Shown here in pieces: positions 46,131-55,093 of a stretch of DNA of 64,000 nucleotides. Position numbers and translations under genes: made by a program. This stretch comes from Bdellovibrionales bacterium (lineage in GTDB: Bacteria; Bdellovibrionota; Bdellovibrionia; Bdellovibrionales; UBA1609), in NCBI GenBank assembly GCA_965243065.1, contig CBDETO010000005.1, forward strand, positions 387,323 through 451,322, in the 5' to 3' direction. The notes below the pieces were generated by a model. It saw nothing but the letters and a program-made list of their open reading frames with translations. It ran no database searches and was not told where the DNA came from. Within the stretch, counting starts at the first letter, position 1. Every line of letters begins with the position of its first letter.

Positions 46131-46886
46131 TTAGATATTAAGGAAAGGGAATCTTTTCTGCCCCTCATTTTCAAAGATACTTTGGTTTCTTTTTTTTTCT
46201 GTGGTTTGATTTGAAAAAGAGCTATCTAATGACGACCTAATCACATCTAAACCCCAAGCTGACCAACCCTTAATTTTTTTTCTTGCAAATAATTCAATAC
46301 GCTCCTGATTTGGAAACATTTTTTCTATTCTTTTCATTACTTCTATAGGTTTTTTACTATGTTCCTGTCTTGGACTCCGTATTAACTGTTGGACATTTCT
46401 CGCGCCTCTAGGTTTAGGTATTCTACCTCGCTTAAATACTAAACATAACTCACAATTTGAAAGAGTGTATTGTCCAGGATTATGATTCATTTTATCCCAA
46501 ACAAATGCAACTGTTCTATAATCAAATCCCCAAGCTTTTCCCAATTCTATAGCTTGAGCTAAATGAGGATTTGTTACCCACATAAATAAAAGACAGTCAT
46601 CTTTTGAAATTTTATTAATAGGTATTATCATTAATTCATTTGTTTTTAGTGTTGGATATTTAAAATCAGCTGTACTAATGAATATCTTTTTTGATAGGTC
46701 AATTTTTTCTTTATTTTTGCTACTTTTATCGTATTGTAGTTTTCCATTATAATTCCATGGTGGGTCAGCGTAGATAATATCAAATTTTTTATTTGGTAAC
46801 TTGGGATAAGTACCAGGTAGAGTATTTTTTACTATCCTCCGCTTAGTCTCCTTATTGTAAATTGAATACCCAGTTTTTTTATTCAT
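46131..46886 (-). CDS. MT-A70-family DNA adenine methyltransferase
   Basis: DIIYADPPWNY catalytic motif, then ...LFMWVTNP...GFDY...VWDK... and SKKP. Confidence 0.85.
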   Translation of the reverse strand: MNKKTGYSIYNKETKRRIVKNTLPGTYPKLPNKKFDIIYADPPWNYNGKLQYDKSSKNKEKIDLSKKIFISTADFKYPTLKTNELMIIPINKISKDDCLLFMWVTNPHLAQAIELGKAWGFDYRTVAFVWDKMNHNPGQYTLSNCELCLVFKRGRIPKPRGARNVQQLIRSPRQEHSKKPIEVMKRIEKMFPNQERIELFARKKIKGWSAWGLDVIRSSLDSSFSNQTTEKKRNQSIFENEGQKRFPFLNI

Positions 46887-47122
46887 AAAATAAATTTAGC
46901 CTATAAATTTTTTAAAACTTACATTTAGATAACTATAGTATGTATAGATTATATTTTTTATGCAACAAAAAATGGTATCTTCTAAAAAGGATTAACGCAA
47001 AATTCCATCCGATTATTTTAATGGGAATGTTTGCTTGAAATATTGTCCTTGACCCTCAATAATAGGATACCTCCTAAAAAAGGGGGAAAGTAGAAAAATT
47101 CTATGAAAGAGCCTTTTATATT

Positions 47123-47232
47123 TTAAAAGGTTGAATATTTTTTGTAAAAGAGCGTTTTCAAAATAAAATTATTGAGATGTTTTTTTATTAGATAAAAGCT
47201 CAGAAAGAACAGGTTCCATTTCTTCAATAGAA
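47123..47232. repeat. 110-bp direct repeat, copy 2 (right flank of the C-R-M cassette)
   Basis: It contains the true 3' end of the TlpA-like gene and a pseudo-copy of the last 14 codons of the 475-aa gene. Confidence 0.9.
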
Positions 47233-47750
47233 AACACTCCTGCTTGCTTTTTTACAATCTGCAGGTTCTGGTCTAAAATAAATGTTTCAGGCCACTTTGC
47301 TACATTAAATTTTTTTGAAACTTCAAACTCAGAGTCCCAAAGGATATAGGTGTTGTTATTATTGAAATTAACTCCTTCCCTTTTTAAATTTTTTAGAAAT
47401 TCCTGAATATCTGTTTTTGAAGAGTCATTAGATACAGCCAGAAGTATCACATCTCCCTGGAACCGCTCTACAGTGGAAATAAGATCAGGAAATTCTTTTC
47501 GGCACGGCAGGCACCAGGAAGCCCAAAAATTTAAAATAACTGGTTTTCCTTTGAGGTTTTCGAGGGAAAAATCTTTCCCTTTAAGATCTTTTATATTTAT
47601 TTGAGGAGCGGGAGAGGAATCCCAGGAGGAGGAATCTTTGTTAAAAGAAGGAGATATAGTGTCTTCAGAAAATAAACGGATAAAGCCTGTATAATGCAGG
47701 CTTAGAACCATCATTCCCACTATAAAAAAGAAAATAAGCCCTTTTATCAT
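47169..47750 (-). CDS. TlpA-like thiol:disulfide oxidoreductase (second copy)
   Basis: It has a TM anchor and WASWCLPC. The start is moved to ATG 47750. Its last 21 codons lie in the 110-bp duplication. Confidence 0.8.
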   Translation of the reverse strand: MIKGLIFFFIVGMMVLSLHYTGFIRLFSEDTISPSFNKDSSSWDSSPAPQINIKDLKGKDFSLENLKGKPVILNFWASWCLPCRKEFPDLISTVERFQGDVILLAVSNDSSKTDIQEFLKNLKREGVNFNNNNTYILWDSEFEVSKKFNVAKWPETFILDQNLQIVKKQAGVFSIEEMEPVLSELLSNKKTSQ

Positions 47751-47787
47751 AGTTAGTTGATCCTGAAAAAGTTTCTTTCGCTCACAA

Positions 47788-47964
47788 TTTTTCAAAACTA
47801 AGAGAGAAAAATTTCGGACATGCGGTTTGCCACAAAGCGACTTTTAAAGGGGCTTTTGCTCCTATTTCAAACTAAGAGATAGAATCTTATTTTATCATAA
47901 GGTGAAGCTTTCTGTCGCATTGTGCTCAAATCCGAACTCATTTTTCCCTCTTAGTTTTGAAAAA
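47788..47964. repeat. degenerate/compound PAL repeat
   Basis: TTTTTCAAAACTAAGAGAG...CGGACATGCGGTTTGCCACA...CAAATCCGAACTCA...CTCTTAGTTTTGAAAAA, with ~60 bp of extra internal sequence. Confidence 0.6.
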
Positions 47965-48000
47965 TTTTAAATAAGAAAACTTTTTTCATGGACGACTAAT

Positions 48001-49791
48001 TTAGAGTAGGGCAAGGGCTAGTGTTTTAATATTTTCGTTAGAGTGCTCATGCCATTTTTTGTCCAAAATAGTTTTTTTTATATCTGTAAGGTGAGAGGCC
48101 ATATAGTATAAGGCCTTTAAACCTTCCTGAATAATATCCTCATCTGTACTGGAATGGATACAGTTAGCCAGTGTTTGATTGGCTAAAGGGTCTTTTGATT
48201 TTAAGTGTCCTAAAGCTAAAATGGATTGTTTTTGAATGGCCTTTCTATCTTTGTAGTTTAATTTTTGAAACCAGCTTTCCTGATTGTTGCAATGATAAGC
48301 TATGGCTTGATGTGAGGAGCTCAACTGCGCTCCTGAATAAGCCAACCCGTATAAGGAGTAATAAACCAGGCCAGCGTGAGGTATCTTTGAAAATTCCACC
48401 ATTTTATCAATAATGGCCATATCACTGACATGGAGATGCCCCAGGCTTTTAAAAACCTGATAACAGTTGACAGGGTCTTTGCTTACTTGGGCTATGCAGG
48501 CTTGGTTCATGAGTTTTCGTTGAGCTTTATAATCTGTTACACAAAAAGTTTCTAAAATGAGAGCACTCCATAGGTTTTTATAAAAACCATTGGGGAAGTC
48601 TTGTGCTGTTAACTTAAACTGTTGACAGGGCATTCGTTCATCATAGATAAGAGCAGTAGCATAATCGTAGCCTTCTGAAGTAGGGCGACGGATCATGTCC
48701 AAAACATTGGCTCTTAATTCTTTGTTATAAAAATCAGCAGTAATCCAATCAAAGGAGTTTAAAAAGTTTAAAAACTGAACTCTCACATAAGGAAGCAAAG
48801 GGCTTATTTTTTGGTATAGAGGAAAGAATTCACCTCTAAATCTTTTATTGTTTTTAATGCGGTTAAAAGTATTCAAGCTCTGGCCACGGAAGGGTTGGTT
48901 TGCAGACATGAAAGCCTTAATAGCGGAGTAGGAATCCGGCCCCTTACCGGAATTGATTAAATCCCATACTACTTGCATGCCCTTTGCCTTATCTATGTCA
49001 TCTTGGTATAAATCACACATTTTTTGAAATTGCTGGTCGTTAGGGCCAACTCCTTTTGCCTCTGAAATAGTCCCTCCTATTGTTCTATAGATAGTAGGAT
49101 TCAGTAGTTCTGGATCTATCTGATCTATATAAGCACTGTAACTTCCATATTGTGCAGTCATTTCTTGGAAATAATGGCTGAGGGGTTGACGAATATCTTT
49201 TCCTAAAGGGCTTAAGGAGGTAAATCCGTAAATACCATTTAAAAATACCAATCTCATTTGATCTTTGAAGGAGAGGCCAAAAGGAAGATACCGGGCCGCT
49301 ACCACTGTTTCTGCCATATCTCTAGCCATATTATGATCTAAAAGCACTTGTAAATAAGCTTCTGGTGATCTATGATCGGGCTGCTTTCCCGCTAGGGTAT
49401 TACATCCAAAAAGGAATACTTCTTTTACATTAGATAATAGGCCGGGGCAGGATCGGGAGCAGGATTGTTTTTCCATAATATTGACAGGGAGGATATAGGT
49501 GTGTTTTTCACCAAAGAATAGCCCTCCAAAGTGCCCTGAGATAACCAAGATATCACAGCTATAGCCTTTTTTACAGGCTTCTGTGAACCAATGTGTGTCG
49601 TTTGGTGTGGCCTCTTCAGATAGAGGGACTAACTCGACGAATTCAAAATCCCTGGAACCAGATAAATATTTTTTGAATATTTCAATTTCATCAGAGGAGT
49701 TAATAGTAATAGAGCATACCTGGTACTTGGCTAAAGCCAGATAAGACCAAAAAGCAAAAAGTAAAAAAATAATAAGTTGCTTCATTGCCAT
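48001..49791 (-). CDS. secreted protein with possible caspase-fold (clan CD-like) His/Cys dyad and C-terminal HEAT-like repeats
   Basis: It has a signal peptide. YQVCSITIN, CDILVISGHFGG and, 43 aa later, VKEVFLFGCNTLAG follow the strand-His / strand-Cys pattern of clan CD peptidases. No family could be confirmed. Confidence 0.35.
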   Translation of the reverse strand: MAMKQLIIFLLFAFWSYLALAKYQVCSITINSSDEIEIFKKYLSGSRDFEFVELVPLSEEATPNDTHWFTEACKKGYSCDILVISGHFGGLFFGEKHTYILPVNIMEKQSCSRSCPGLLSNVKEVFLFGCNTLAGKQPDHRSPEAYLQVLLDHNMARDMAETVVAARYLPFGLSFKDQMRLVFLNGIYGFTSLSPLGKDIRQPLSHYFQEMTAQYGSYSAYIDQIDPELLNPTIYRTIGGTISEAKGVGPNDQQFQKMCDLYQDDIDKAKGMQVVWDLINSGKGPDSYSAIKAFMSANQPFRGQSLNTFNRIKNNKRFRGEFFPLYQKISPLLPYVRVQFLNFLNSFDWITADFYNKELRANVLDMIRRPTSEGYDYATALIYDERMPCQQFKLTAQDFPNGFYKNLWSALILETFCVTDYKAQRKLMNQACIAQVSKDPVNCYQVFKSLGHLHVSDMAIIDKMVEFSKIPHAGLVYYSLYGLAYSGAQLSSSHQAIAYHCNNQESWFQKLNYKDRKAIQKQSILALGHLKSKDPLANQTLANCIHSSTDEDIIQEGLKALYYMASHLTDIKKTILDKKWHEHSNENIKTLALALL

Positions 49792-49894
49792 TAAGATAAG
49801 CTGGAAAATTCAAACATGATAAGTATAATTCTATACAAAAAAGTAAAGTAGGTATTGAACTATTGTGTTAAAAACTCGCCAAAGGTTTTGATTG

Positions 49895-50839
49895 ATGACA
49901 AAAAAGTGTGCATCGCAGCCCTCTTCTTTTAGAGTGATTTTCTTACTAGGCCCCACGGCTGTCGGGAAAACAGATCTTTCTTTTTATTTAGCTGAAAAAT
50001 TATCGGCTTCTATTTTAAACTGTGACAGTATTTCCATGTATAAGGGTATGGATGTTGGTTCGGCCAAGCCTCGGTTTCGTATAAAAAACACCCCTGCTTT
50101 TTTATTTGATGAATGGGAACCTCCTTTTACCTGCACGGCAGGCTTATTTAGGGAAAAAGCCTTGTCTATTTTAGAAAAAGAGCTGAGTTACCGATCTGTG
50201 TTAGCTGTGGGAGGTAGTGGTTTTTATATTCAAGCTTTAGAAAAGGGAATGTACCCTATTAAGGAGGTCAAACCGGAGATCAAACAGCAGGTTCAAAAAA
50301 TACATAAGGAAAAAGGTTTAGAGCATTTATATAAATTGCTACAGTTTTTGGATCCAGAATATGCTAAACAAATATCGGCTCAAGATACATATAGAATTTT
50401 TAGGGGCACTTGTATTATTCTCTCTGAAGAGAAACCTATGTCTTTCCTTCGTTCTTCCTTTAAAGAGCAAAAGCTGCCTTGGCCTTATTTGAAAGTGGGT
50501 TTGTGCCTTCCTCGTGAGGTCTTACTAAAAAATGTTCAGAAAAGAACAAGTCAAATGATTAAAGAAGGTTTATTGGAAGAGACGCAGACCTTATTAAATA
50601 AGGGACTAAAAGATTGGCCTTTAATGAAAAGTGTGGGATATAAAGAAGCCGTGTTGTGTTTAAGTAACCAGCTTTCCAAAGAAGAGTTGAAAAACAAAAT
50701 TGTTCATCGCACAATGAAGTTAGCAAAAAGACAAATGTCGTGGTTTAAAAGAGATAAAAGCATTCATTGGTATTTATATACAACAGAAAATAGATTAAAA
50801 ATTTATAATTTGATTAAAGAAAAACAGGAAGGAGCTTGA
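49895..50839 (+). CDS. miaA: tRNA dimethylallyltransferase
   Basis: P-loop LLGPTAVGKT and typical MiaA length and pattern. Confidence 0.9.
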   Translation: MTKKCASQPSSFRVIFLLGPTAVGKTDLSFYLAEKLSASILNCDSISMYKGMDVGSAKPRFRIKNTPAFLFDEWEPPFTCTAGLFREKALSILEKELSYRSVLAVGGSGFYIQALEKGMYPIKEVKPEIKQQVQKIHKEKGLEHLYKLLQFLDPEYAKQISAQDTYRIFRGTCIILSEEKPMSFLRSSFKEQKLPWPYLKVGLCLPREVLLKNVQKRTSQMIKEGLLEETQTLLNKGLKDWPLMKSVGYKEAVLCLSNQLSKEELKNKIVHRTMKLAKRQMSWFKRDKSIHWYLYTTENRLKIYNLIKEKQEGA

Positions 50840-50842
50840 ATA

Positions 50843-51832
50843 ATGAACAGTATGACGGGATGTGGTATTAGTCGTTGGAAATCCAAAGATTGTTATATAG
50901 AAGTGGTGGTGCAGTCTTATAATAGTAAGCACTTTGAGTCGCGTGTGCAGATTCCTCCTTTTTATGCTTCTTTAGAGGGGGAATTGAGAAAATATTTGCA
51001 GAAAAAATTTAACAGAGGATTTGTGAGCTTATTGGTTACCCGTAGTCCCTCCTGGCCTATAAAAAAGACAAAAATAAAATGTAATAAGGAACAAGCTTTG
51101 AAATGGAAAGCTCTTTATAATCAGTTAGCCTGGTTTTTACACCGAACAGGTATGGAATTTGCGGACTCCGAACTCCCTTCTCCTTTAAGGAGAAGCTCAC
51201 AGAAAACACAAAATCTGTCCTCAAGAAAGAAGGGGTCAAGCAAAATGAGTATAAAGCTGGAAAATAGTTTGGATTTGGTGACTCTAGCGCAGCAACCGGG
51301 TGTGATGGAGACATTGTCTGAGCCTTCTCTTATTTCCGCTAAAGAAAAAAACAAACTAAAAACTTTAACAATGAAAGCAATGGATTTGTGTAGCAAAGAG
51401 AGAGTCCGGGAAGGTTTGTCTTTAAAAAAAGATTTTCAAAAAAATATAAAACATCTTTCTTTGTGTATTCATAAAATCAAATCTCATTCTCTTAAGCAAA
51501 ATGAAAAAGCCAATAAAAATGTAAAAGAGAGAGCTCGTTCTATTGATATTATGGATGATCAAAATACAGTACAGGATATGATGGTGGCCTTAATTAATCG
51601 GATGGATAACAGTGAAGAAATAAGTCGAATGGAAGAGCATATTCAGGTTTTTCGCACTCTTATTCTTTCTAAAGGAGTGGTAGGAAAAAAAATATCTTTT
51701 TATCTTCAAGAAATGATAAGAGAGATTAATACAATAGGATCTAAATCACAGGATTTTAAATTAACACAAGAGGTAGTGCAGGCTAAAACTCTTATTGAAA
51801 GAATGCGAGAGCAAGTTCATAATGTGGAATAG
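50843..51832 (+). CDS. yicC: YicC-family stress-induced protein
   Basis: It has an N-terminal MTGCG...SYNSKHFE and a C-terminal EINTIGSKSQD...AKTLIERMREQVHNVE, with an extra basic/Ser-rich insert mid-protein. Confidence 0.85.
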   Translation: MNSMTGCGISRWKSKDCYIEVVVQSYNSKHFESRVQIPPFYASLEGELRKYLQKKFNRGFVSLLVTRSPSWPIKKTKIKCNKEQALKWKALYNQLAWFLHRTGMEFADSELPSPLRRSSQKTQNLSSRKKGSSKMSIKLENSLDLVTLAQQPGVMETLSEPSLISAKEKNKLKTLTMKAMDLCSKERVREGLSLKKDFQKNIKHLSLCIHKIKSHSLKQNEKANKNVKERARSIDIMDDQNTVQDMMVALINRMDNSEEISRMEEHIQVFRTLILSKGVVGKKISFYLQEMIREINTIGSKSQDFKLTQEVVQAKTLIERMREQVHNVE

Positions 51833-52415
51833 TACAATTCAGTATAAGAAAAAAGCTTTTATTGTTATGTCCGGCCCTAGTGGAGCGGGAAAATCCACCC
51901 TCATCCGGGAAATTTTATCCTTGTATGGTTCCAAAGCTATGACCACCACTGTTTCTTATACCACTCGCCCCCCCAGGGGAGAAGAGCAAGAGGGGCGTGA
52001 CTATCATTTTGTAAGTAAAGAGCAGTTTCTGGCTTTTAAGGAGCGGCATTTTTTTGCGGAATGGGCTTGTGTTTATAATTACTATTATGCCACGGCTGTT
52101 GAGCAGATAGAAAAATGTTGGGCGGAGGGTAAAGCCATAATTAAGGATTTAGACTTGCAGGGTGCGGATCAAATCAAAAAAAAATACCCCCAAGCCTTAA
52201 GAGTATTTATTGCTCCTCCCTCTGTGGAGGAGTTAGTCCATCGTGTCCGTAAAAGGAAGGAAAACAGCAAAGAGGAATTGGAAGTGAGGAAAGAACAAGC
52301 TTTAAAAGAAATGGAATACGGAAATCACTTTGAGCATTATCTGGCCAATGTGGATCTTCAAGAAACTATCAAAAAGTTAAAGAAAGTTATTGATGAATAT
52401 TTAAAGGTAGTATAA
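51822..52415 (+). CDS. gmk: guanylate kinase
   Basis: SGPSGAGKSTL P-loop and TTRPPRGEEQEGRDYHFV. Confidence 0.93.
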   Translation: MWNSTIQYKKKAFIVMSGPSGAGKSTLIREILSLYGSKAMTTTVSYTTRPPRGEEQEGRDYHFVSKEQFLAFKERHFFAEWACVYNYYYATAVEQIEKCWAEGKAIIKDLDLQGADQIKKKYPQALRVFIAPPSVEELVHRVRKRKENSKEELEVRKEQALKEMEYGNHFEHYLANVDLQETIKKLKKVIDEYLKVV

Positions 52416-52536
52416 CATGCTTCCATCCGGTTTGCTCCTCGACTCCATCAGCTGCCATTCCTGCGAAAGCGGGAATCTATACCGGTTTAATATAGCAGGA
52501 TTAAAACTGTTCTATCAGTTAAAAAAAGGAGGGAAT

Positions 52537-52800
52537 ATGGCTCGCGTAACAGTAGAAGATTGTTTAACAAAGGTATCTAATCGTTTTGCTCTGGTTTTGC
52601 TGGTTACTAAACGAGTAAAGCAATTTTTAAAAGGGGATAAATGTTTGGTGGGTGAAAAGAACAACAATGTGGTAAATGCTTTAAGGGAAGTGGCGGCAGA
52701 TAAAATTAGCTTTGATTGTGGAAGTCAGATGCCCGAAGAGCAGCTGGAACAAGATTTACGGGTAGAAAGAGAAATACCTAAGCATTTATCCGCTGACTAA
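52537..52800 (+). CDS. rpoZ: DNA-directed RNA polymerase subunit omega
   Basis: GGAGGG RBS. MARVTVEDCLTKVSNRFALVLLVTKRVKQ is a typical omega N-terminus. The upstream part of the track ORF is a hairpin repeat. Confidence 0.9.
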   Translation: MARVTVEDCLTKVSNRFALVLLVTKRVKQFLKGDKCLVGEKNNNVVNALREVAADKISFDCGSQMPEEQLEQDLRVEREIPKHLSAD

Positions 52801-52815
52801 AAAACCTATTTCTCT

Positions 52816-52839
52816 GTCATTCCCGCGAAAGCGGGAATC
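52816..52839. repeat. ATTCCC-N8-GGGAAT hairpin repeat, canonical copy, 16 bp after the rpoZ stop
   Basis: GTCATTCCCGCGAAAGCGGGAATC. More than 20 related copies occur in the window, for example at 17489, 24388, 27284, 52455, 54887, 57738, 58223 and 58431. Confidence 0.85.
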
Positions 52840-52900
52840 AAATCAGATCGGTATAAAAAAAGAGTTTAAGTTTAGTCCTGACATAACCGAATGATAAACA

Positions 52901-53554
52901 ATGAATTTTTTAAATAGGATTTGGCGGAAAATAAGTTCCTTTTGTGCTCGGCTTTTAAGGAGTTTGTTTCACTTTAAGGGGGGAGTTCATCGTTATGTCC
53001 TCCGATATTACCTTTTATCTATACTCGTATTGAGTCTCTTTTTGGGTAGTATATTATTTTATTGGTCCTGGCTTAAATCAAGTGTAAGCCGTCTTTCCCC
53101 CGTTACCCTTTATTGTTTAGAAAACAAAGATGATACAATATGCAGGGGGAGATTTTTAAGATATACAAGTTTGAAAAATAGGAAAATCAAAGATATCATA
53201 TTTAAAAAATGCTTCTGCAAGAATACTTATTTATTTAATGTAGAAGTGAGTGATTCTGATTTCAGAGACAGCCGGTTCGATAGATCTTATATAAAAAACA
53301 GTTCTTTTGTTGATGTAGATCTGTTTAAAGCTTCTTTTTACGGGGCTATTTTAGATAATGTGGTTTTTGAAAAAAGTGAGTTAACAGGAGTGCTATTTAA
53401 TTTTGCCACTGTTCGGAATGTTTATTTTAAAAATGTAGATCTCAGTTCTACTGTGTTTATTGGTACCCGATTTGAAAATGCCTATTATGATAAAAATACA
53501 AAGCTGCCTTTTTCTAGGGAACAGGCCAGCCGAATGGGTTTTTTACTTAAATAG
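52901..53554 (+). CDS. membrane-anchored pentapeptide-repeat protein
   Basis: It has an N-terminal TM helix and then consecutive pentapeptide-like units (SDFRDSRFDRSYIKNSSFVDVDLFKASFYGAILDNVVFEKSELTGVLFNFATV...). Confidence 0.7.
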   Translation: MNFLNRIWRKISSFCARLLRSLFHFKGGVHRYVLRYYLLSILVLSLFLGSILFYWSWLKSSVSRLSPVTLYCLENKDDTICRGRFLRYTSLKNRKIKDIIFKKCFCKNTYLFNVEVSDSDFRDSRFDRSYIKNSSFVDVDLFKASFYGAILDNVVFEKSELTGVLFNFATVRNVYFKNVDLSSTVFIGTRFENAYYDKNTKLPFSREQASRMGFLLK

Positions 53555-53562
53555 AGAAGAAT

Positions 53563-54783
53563 ATGATTTTAAAAAACTATATTCAAGATCAGATTAAAGA
53601 GATTGGTTCCTATAAAAGCCTTAGGTGGTATGGTTTTTTTCTATCTCTAACCCATGTTGTTACTTTTTTTTTCTGGCACCATAATGGCACCATTTATCAA
53701 AATACGATTAAAAACGCTAATACAGTTTGTTGGCCACAAATTCCTTTTTGTGAGTCTTTACGGGTTCTCTCGCCTTTTGGAGTGGAAGTCTTGTTATATG
53801 TCTATTTATGTCTAGCTTTTTTTACAGCCTTTATATTTTTAAATAAAAAATTTGTTACTTTGGCTTATTGGTTGTTTCTAACAGTTAATGTAATAAAATT
53901 TTATCTCTTTTTTTTAGACTACCTTATGATGGGGAATTATCATTATATGCCTTTTTTGGTTTCTTTTTGTTTTTTATTTATTCGGCAAAAGCTTTTTTTT
54001 ATTCCCATATTGATTACCAGTTTTTATTTTTTTGCCGGTCTTTTAAAGATCAGTAATTTAGATTGGTTAACGGGTTTGGCTTTTTCACAAAATTTAAACT
54101 TCCCTCTTTTTTTTAATGAAGAGGTAAAACTGACTCTTTGTTTTTATGTTGTTTGTTTGGAAATAATAGGGTCCTGGTTTCTTATTTTAAAAACACGATG
54201 GAAAGCGGCGGTCCTTGTGCAATTTGTTTTATTTCATATCATGTCTTATTTTTTTACCGGCTATTTTTACCCTTTAGTTATGTTGTGCTTGCTTTCTTTA
54301 TTTTTTCTTATCTTTGTTTTTCAGGAAAGGGTTTTTATTTCCCTCGATATAAAAAAGCTATGGCCTGGTATTTTGTTTATGTGTTTGGTCGTAGCGGGAA
54401 ATCTGTTGTCTTTTTTTATTCCGGGAAGAGAGGGATTAACAGGGGAAGGGCGTCTTTGGGGTGTGAATATGTATGATGCCCATACACAATGCAACAGCCA
54501 GATTTTTTTAAAGTTTAAAAATCAAACAATTCAGGAGTCTTTTACATCCCATGCAGAGTATTCTATGCGTATTCACTGTGACCCTTATATTGATTTTAAT
54601 ACGGTCAAAAAAGCCTGTGACTTTTATAAAGATGAGCCGGAGTTTATAGATATAGACTGGTCTCTTTACATTAAATTGAGATCCGATTTGGAATATAAAA
54701 AAATAGTGAACGAAGAAAATGTTTGCAGTAAAAACTTAAAATACTCGTCTTTAAGGAAGAACCCTTGGATTAAGAGTTATTGA
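53563..54783 (+). CDS. polytopic membrane protein, possibly HTTM (vitamin-K gamma-carboxylase-like) domain, with Cys-containing C-terminal domain
   Basis: It has ~8 hydrophobic segments. DYLMMGNYHYMPFLVSFCFLF resembles the conserved HTTM core. This assignment is tentative. Confidence 0.35.
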   Translation: MILKNYIQDQIKEIGSYKSLRWYGFFLSLTHVVTFFFWHHNGTIYQNTIKNANTVCWPQIPFCESLRVLSPFGVEVLLYVYLCLAFFTAFIFLNKKFVTLAYWLFLTVNVIKFYLFFLDYLMMGNYHYMPFLVSFCFLFIRQKLFFIPILITSFYFFAGLLKISNLDWLTGLAFSQNLNFPLFFNEEVKLTLCFYVVCLEIIGSWFLILKTRWKAAVLVQFVLFHIMSYFFTGYFYPLVMLCLLSLFFLIFVFQERVFISLDIKKLWPGILFMCLVVAGNLLSFFIPGREGLTGEGRLWGVNMYDAHTQCNSQIFLKFKNQTIQESFTSHAEYSMRIHCDPYIDFNTVKKACDFYKDEPEFIDIDWSLYIKLRSDLEYKKIVNEENVCSKNLKYSSLRKNPWIKSY

Positions 54784-54833
54784 TTTATATTGTTTGTATT
54801 TGAAATTCTATTTTTAGAGGGATTATTTATCAC

Positions 54834-54969
54834 TAAGAGAGGAAAGAAGGAAATATAAAATCTCAGACATGCGTTTTGCCACACATTTGTCATTCCCGCG
54901 AAAGCGGGAATCTAGTTGCTCTTGTGCTCAAAGCCGAACTCGTTTTATATTTCCTTCTTTCCTCTCTTA
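54834..54969. repeat. PAL repeat whose central hairpin is replaced by an ATTCCC-N8-GGGAAT hairpin
   Basis: TAAGAGAGGAAAGAAGG...CTCAGACATGCGTTTTGCCACA[CATTTGTCATTCCCGCGAAAGCGGGAATCTAG]TTGCTC...CCTTCTTTCCTCTCTTA. Confidence 0.8.
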
Positions 54970-55093
54970 ATAAGAATGTCTTAACATCTATTAGATCTCA
55001 GTCCAGGGATTATATAGGGGGCTAAAGAGGTACAATTAGAGATAACAGTTATGTATAAACTGCATTGAAGAAAACAAAATAAAGGCAGGGGTT

